Origin: an uncultured Desulfospira sp. | GTDB lineage: Bacteria > Desulfobacterota > Desulfobacteria > Desulfobacterales > Desulfobacteraceae | DNA: 64,000 bases | Direction of reading: 5' to 3' | Assembly (NCBI GenBank): GCA_963663165.1 | Contig: OY760175.1 | Location: 288,001 to 352,000 of the forward strand | Shown: piece after piece, positions 60,521 through 64,000 of the stretch | How the letters are laid out: each line of letters starts with the position of its first letter | Numbering within the stretch: the stretch's first letter is position 1 | The notes under the pieces: model-generated | What the model was told of the DNA's origin: nothing | Seen by the model: only the letters and a program-made list of their open reading frames with translations | Databases searched by the model: none | Position numbers and translations under genes: made by a program

Positions 60521-61329
60521 ACCTCCACCTCCTTTTGAAGCTTGGGGTCCATCATGTCCCGCAGCCCTTCCCCCATCAGGTTGAAGGCCAGCACTGCGGC
60601 CATGACGGCAATTCCGGGGAAAATAAACAAATGGGGATGGTTGCCCATGAATGAGGTGGCTTCATTGAGCATGGCCCCCCATTCCGGGGTGGGCGGCTGG
60701 GCCCCCAGTCCGATAAAGCTTAACCCCGCAATGGCCAGGATGGTATACCCGGCATTCAGGGCCGCGTATACCACCAGGGGATAAATGGCATTGGGAATGA
60801 TATGGCACTGGATCACCTGCCGCCGGCTGCCCCCCATGGCGGCGGCCGCTTCCACATAGAGCTGTTCTTTTACCGAAAGAACGCTGCCCCTGACCATGCG
60901 CGCGTACCCGGTCCACATGGTCAGTGTCAGGGCCAGGATGATGTTGGCCAGGGACGGCCCGAGAATGCCGGTAATGGCAATGGGCAGAATCAGGGGCGGA
61001 AACGCCATGAGCATGTCCACCATGCGCATGCACACCTCGTCGGTAAAACCACCGAAGTATCCGGCCGCACACCCCACGGCAGTGCCGATGAAAAGGCAGG
61101 ACAGCATGACGGCAAAGGTGGCGCAAAAGGATGTTCTGGCCGCATAAAGGATACGGCTGAACAGATCCCGGCCCAGCTGGTCGGTGCCCATGGGATGCTC
61201 CCATGTGACACCTTGAAGCCGTTCGGACATGTTGACTTTGAACGGGTCAGAAGGCGCCATCATGGGGGCCAGGGCCGCCAGAAGAATTAAAGACAGGATC
61301 AGGATGCCGCCGGCAATAAAGCTTTTCAT
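60517..61329 (-). CDS. peptide/nickel ABC permease (NikC/OppC-like)
   Basis: HPMGTDQLGRD, YVEAAAAMG, LSFIGLGAQPPTPEWG. Confidence 0.92.
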   Translation of the reverse strand: MKSFIAGGILILSLILLAALAPMMAPSDPFKVNMSERLQGVTWEHPMGTDQLGRDLFSRILYAARTSFCATFAVMLSCLFIGTAVGCAAGYFGGFTDEVCMRMVDMLMAFPPLILPIAITGILGPSLANIILALTLTMWTGYARMVRGSVLSVKEQLYVEAAAAMGGSRRQVIQCHIIPNAIYPLVVYAALNAGYTILAIAGLSFIGLGAQPPTPEWGAMLNEATSFMGNHPHLFIFPGIAVMAAVLAFNLMGEGLRDMMDPKLQKEVEV

Positions 61330-62270
61330 CTTTGTTTCCCCTTAATGCTGATCCGTGGATCAAGGATGGTGTAAGAAAGGTCAACTAACAGGTTGAGGAG
61401 TAAAAAAAACAGGGTACTCATCAAAACAACCCCCTGGATCACCGGGATATCCCTCATGCTCGAGGCCTCTACCAGATACCGGCCGACGCCGGGCCAGGCA
61501 AACAGGGTTTCAATTAACACCATGCCCCCCACCAGGTGGCCGAAATGAAGACCAATGGCCGTAATCACCGGGATGATGGCATTTCTAAACACATGCCGGG
61601 TTAACACCGATGTTTCACTCAGCCCTTTGGCCCTGGCCGTCCGGACAAAATTTTGCCTTAGCACCTCCAGCACGCTGGTCCGGGTCAGCCGCATGAGGTC
61701 CATGGCACCGGTAATGCCAAGGGTCAGGGCCGGAAGGATAAAATGTTCCACCTTCCCGTACCCAAAGGCCGGAAGCCACTTAAACTGAACTGAAGCCACA
61801 AAGACCAGCAGCATGCCCCACCAGAAACAGGGCATTGAAATGCAGCCAAGGGCCGTCACCCGTAACACTTGATCCACAAATGTATTGGCCTTGACGGCTG
61901 AATAAACCCCTAAGGGAATGGCCACCACCATAGAAATGACAAGCCCTGTGATGAAAAGCATTGCCGTTGCCCCAAGCTTTTCCATGTAGGTGGGCCATAT
62001 TCTTTCCCGGGTGGCAAGGGAACTGCCCAGATCCCCTTTAGCCGCCCGGCCAAGCCATGTGGCATACTGGATCAGAAAAGGCTGATCCAGCCCATGTTCC
62101 TGCTTAAACGAAAGCAGCTGCTCCGGGGTCGGTACAGCCTGCAATTGTCTTTCCAGAATCAGCATGGCCGCATCTCCCGGACACAGGGAAATCAGGCCGT
62201 AGGATAAAAACGAGGTCGCCAGCACCACCGGGATGAGCAGGGCCATTCTTTTCAGGATAACAGCAATCAA
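61326..62270 (-). CDS. peptide/nickel ABC permease (NikB/OppB-like)
   Basis: GDLGSS, TARAKGL, ETLFAWPGVG, LDPRI. Confidence 0.92.
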   Translation of the reverse strand: MIAVILKRMALLIPVVLATSFLSYGLISLCPGDAAMLILERQLQAVPTPEQLLSFKQEHGLDQPFLIQYATWLGRAAKGDLGSSLATRERIWPTYMEKLGATAMLFITGLVISMVVAIPLGVYSAVKANTFVDQVLRVTALGCISMPCFWWGMLLVFVASVQFKWLPAFGYGKVEHFILPALTLGITGAMDLMRLTRTSVLEVLRQNFVRTARAKGLSETSVLTRHVFRNAIIPVITAIGLHFGHLVGGMVLIETLFAWPGVGRYLVEASSMRDIPVIQGVVLMSTLFFLLLNLLVDLSYTILDPRISIKGKQR

Positions 62271-62291
62271 CCGGTCAAATCTCCGTGGTGC

Positions 62292-63878
62292 TTATTCAAT
62301 GGTGACCTGGTCAAACCGGGGTTCGGAAGAGATAAATTCAATCCCCTTGACTTCCGGTTTGGCCGCAACAAATACAGCGTCAAAGTAGAGGGGCACAATG
62401 GCGGCCTTGTCCATGAGCAAGCGGTAAAACTGCCGGAACTGGGTTTTCCGTTCTTCCTCGTCAAATGAGCCCACGGCTTTTTTAATCACAGCGGTTATTT
62501 CGGGGTCTGAATAACATCCCCATCCGCTGAACTCCGGGGCTTCGTAGTTAAACCGGCCGTCCATGCGGGTGAATTTCCGCCTTTCAGGGCCTGCGGCGTA
62601 CCAGATGTACAAGTCAAATTCGCCCTTGGGCAGCCGCTCAAGATAGGTTCCGTATTCTATCACCTCAAGCTTGATGTTTATTCCCACGTCAGCGAGCTGG
62701 GCTTTGATCAGTTCGCACAGCTTGACCTCATCGGGATTGTCCCCCTGGGCAATCAGGCTGTACTCGGCTTTTTCCGGGAATCCGGCTTCTTTGAGCAGTG
62801 TCCGGGCCTTTGCCTGATCAAACCCGGGCACGGTCACCGCTGCCGTGTCCATATACGGTGCCGTGTCGGAAAACAGGGCCGTTTTGGCCGGGGCAACCCG
62901 GTTGTCAAACAGGGCCACCAGATCATCCTTATTGACGGCATGATTGATGGCCTGACGCACTTTGGGGTTATTCCACGGCGCCTTTTTGACGTTGAATGCG
63001 ATCAAAATGGTCATGGGCATTTCTTTTTTCATGACCTTAAATCCCTGGCCTTCAAGGGTGGCCAGCAGATTGCGGGGGGTATATGCGTATCCGCCGTGAA
63101 AATTGTCCACCACCACATCCACCCCCCCTGACTGGAGTGCCAGGACCCTGGCTTCAGCCCTGGGGATGGTCTTTACAGTGATTTTGTTTAGGCCCGGCGC
63201 TGGCCCCTGGTAGTTTGTATTGGGAACAAATACGGTGTACTGGTCTTTTTGATAGTCTGCCACCTGAAAGGGACCTGTACCGGTGAATTTAATAATAGGC
63301 GATGAAGGCTCCCCGTCCGGCCCCACAGAGGTGGGGCTTAAAATACTGAAATGGTATTCCCCGAATCCGGTTAACGCAACATAGCCTTCGAGTCCGTCCT
63401 TGTAATGAACGGCCACCGTATGGGGATCACGGATTTCCAGCTTTTCAATCCGGTCGATTTCGGTCCATGAGGTGCTGTTAAATGCCACGAGCCGGTCATA
63501 GGTGAATTTGACGGCATCGGCATTAAACGGGGTGTTGTCGGAAAACCGGACATCCTTTCGCAGATGAAAGACAATGGTTTTTCCGTTTTCCAGGATATCC
63601 CACGATTGCGCCAGGCTCGGGGTCACCCGGGTTCCGTCCAATTCCACCAGGCGCTGGCAGGTAAACATCTCAAGGAGCATATCGGAACTGCCGGTGGCGG
63701 TCTGGGCATTGGTATCCAGGCCATAGGCTATGGTCAGCTCTTTTTTTTGCGATTTTCCGTCAGGGGTTTTGGATAAATTGTCGGAAGACTGGGAGCAGCC
63801 GGCTGCGGCAATCATGAACACCGCCAGGCACAGGGCACTGTAAAGCCTTTTTTTTATCATGTCATTAACTTTGAACAA
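62292..63878 (-). CDS. family 5 ABC substrate-binding lipoprotein (NikA/OppA-like); start may be 63860
   Basis: lipobox AAGC, PSLAQSW, LRKDVRFSD, GTGPF, VRQAINHA. Confidence 0.9.
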   Translation of the reverse strand: MFKVNDMIKKRLYSALCLAVFMIAAAGCSQSSDNLSKTPDGKSQKKELTIAYGLDTNAQTATGSSDMLLEMFTCQRLVELDGTRVTPSLAQSWDILENGKTIVFHLRKDVRFSDNTPFNADAVKFTYDRLVAFNSTSWTEIDRIEKLEIRDPHTVAVHYKDGLEGYVALTGFGEYHFSILSPTSVGPDGEPSSPIIKFTGTGPFQVADYQKDQYTVFVPNTNYQGPAPGLNKITVKTIPRAEARVLALQSGGVDVVVDNFHGGYAYTPRNLLATLEGQGFKVMKKEMPMTILIAFNVKKAPWNNPKVRQAINHAVNKDDLVALFDNRVAPAKTALFSDTAPYMDTAAVTVPGFDQAKARTLLKEAGFPEKAEYSLIAQGDNPDEVKLCELIKAQLADVGINIKLEVIEYGTYLERLPKGEFDLYIWYAAGPERRKFTRMDGRFNYEAPEFSGWGCYSDPEITAVIKKAVGSFDEEERKTQFRQFYRLLMDKAAIVPLYFDAVFVAAKPEVKGIEFISSEPRFDQVTIE

Positions 63879-63906
63879 AACAATTCCTTTTCCATGGTTT
63901 AAGAGG

Positions 63907-63941
63907 GGCTCTTCCGGGTACCCGTAACACCCGGAAGAGCC
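63907..63941 (-). promoter_or_regulatory. 13-bp GC-rich hairpin in the leader of the ABC operon
   Basis: GGCTCTTCCGGGT-n9-ACCCGGAAGAGCC. Confidence 0.55.
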
Positions 63942-64000
63942 TTATTCCAGGTCAGACTCCCCGGAACTATTGATCTATATAAAAGGTCAAGCTGGTTGCC

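Noticed and set aside
63960..64000. SAM-I riboswitch (GGCAACC on - strand)
   Set aside because: The partner GGTGCC/GGTGCT of P3 is missing and the region is truncated.

Overview
Bacterial chromosome segment; gene content suggests a Desulfobacterota/Desulfobacteraceae-like host (inference). (1) 1-29 kb: a large PEP-CTERM-type exopolysaccharide locus with a duplicated GumC + CpsD-like pair around wza, Wzy/ligase, asnB-type amidotransferase, glycosyltransferases, flippase, UbiA/GtrA/HAD, two CelD/BcsL-type GNATs, a deacetylase and a FemAB-like protein. It is interrupted by an ABC-type ATPase + DUF4276 pair. (2) 29-40 kb: housekeeping run ribF-def-fmt-rsmB-PASTA-rpe-ACT-DUF711-MFS-radical SAM, then tRNA-Leu(CAG). 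(3) 40-64 kb: integrase remnant, broken VPLPA/PEP-CTERM gene, hybrid kinase, MCP, molybdopterin enzyme, MITE-disrupted Kef antiporter, cysC, AAA_14/DUF4143 ATPase and a Nik/Opp-type ABC operon. The most unusual signal is non-coding: several families of small, structured, transposase-less elements. These are family A (145 bp, TANNTA TSD), family B (~152 bp, 8-bp TSD), an IS4-like MITE (10-bp TSD), and ~60-90 bp modules C/D chained at TATA junctions. They nest inside each other, disrupt or re-terminate genes, and show compensatory base changes in their stems.
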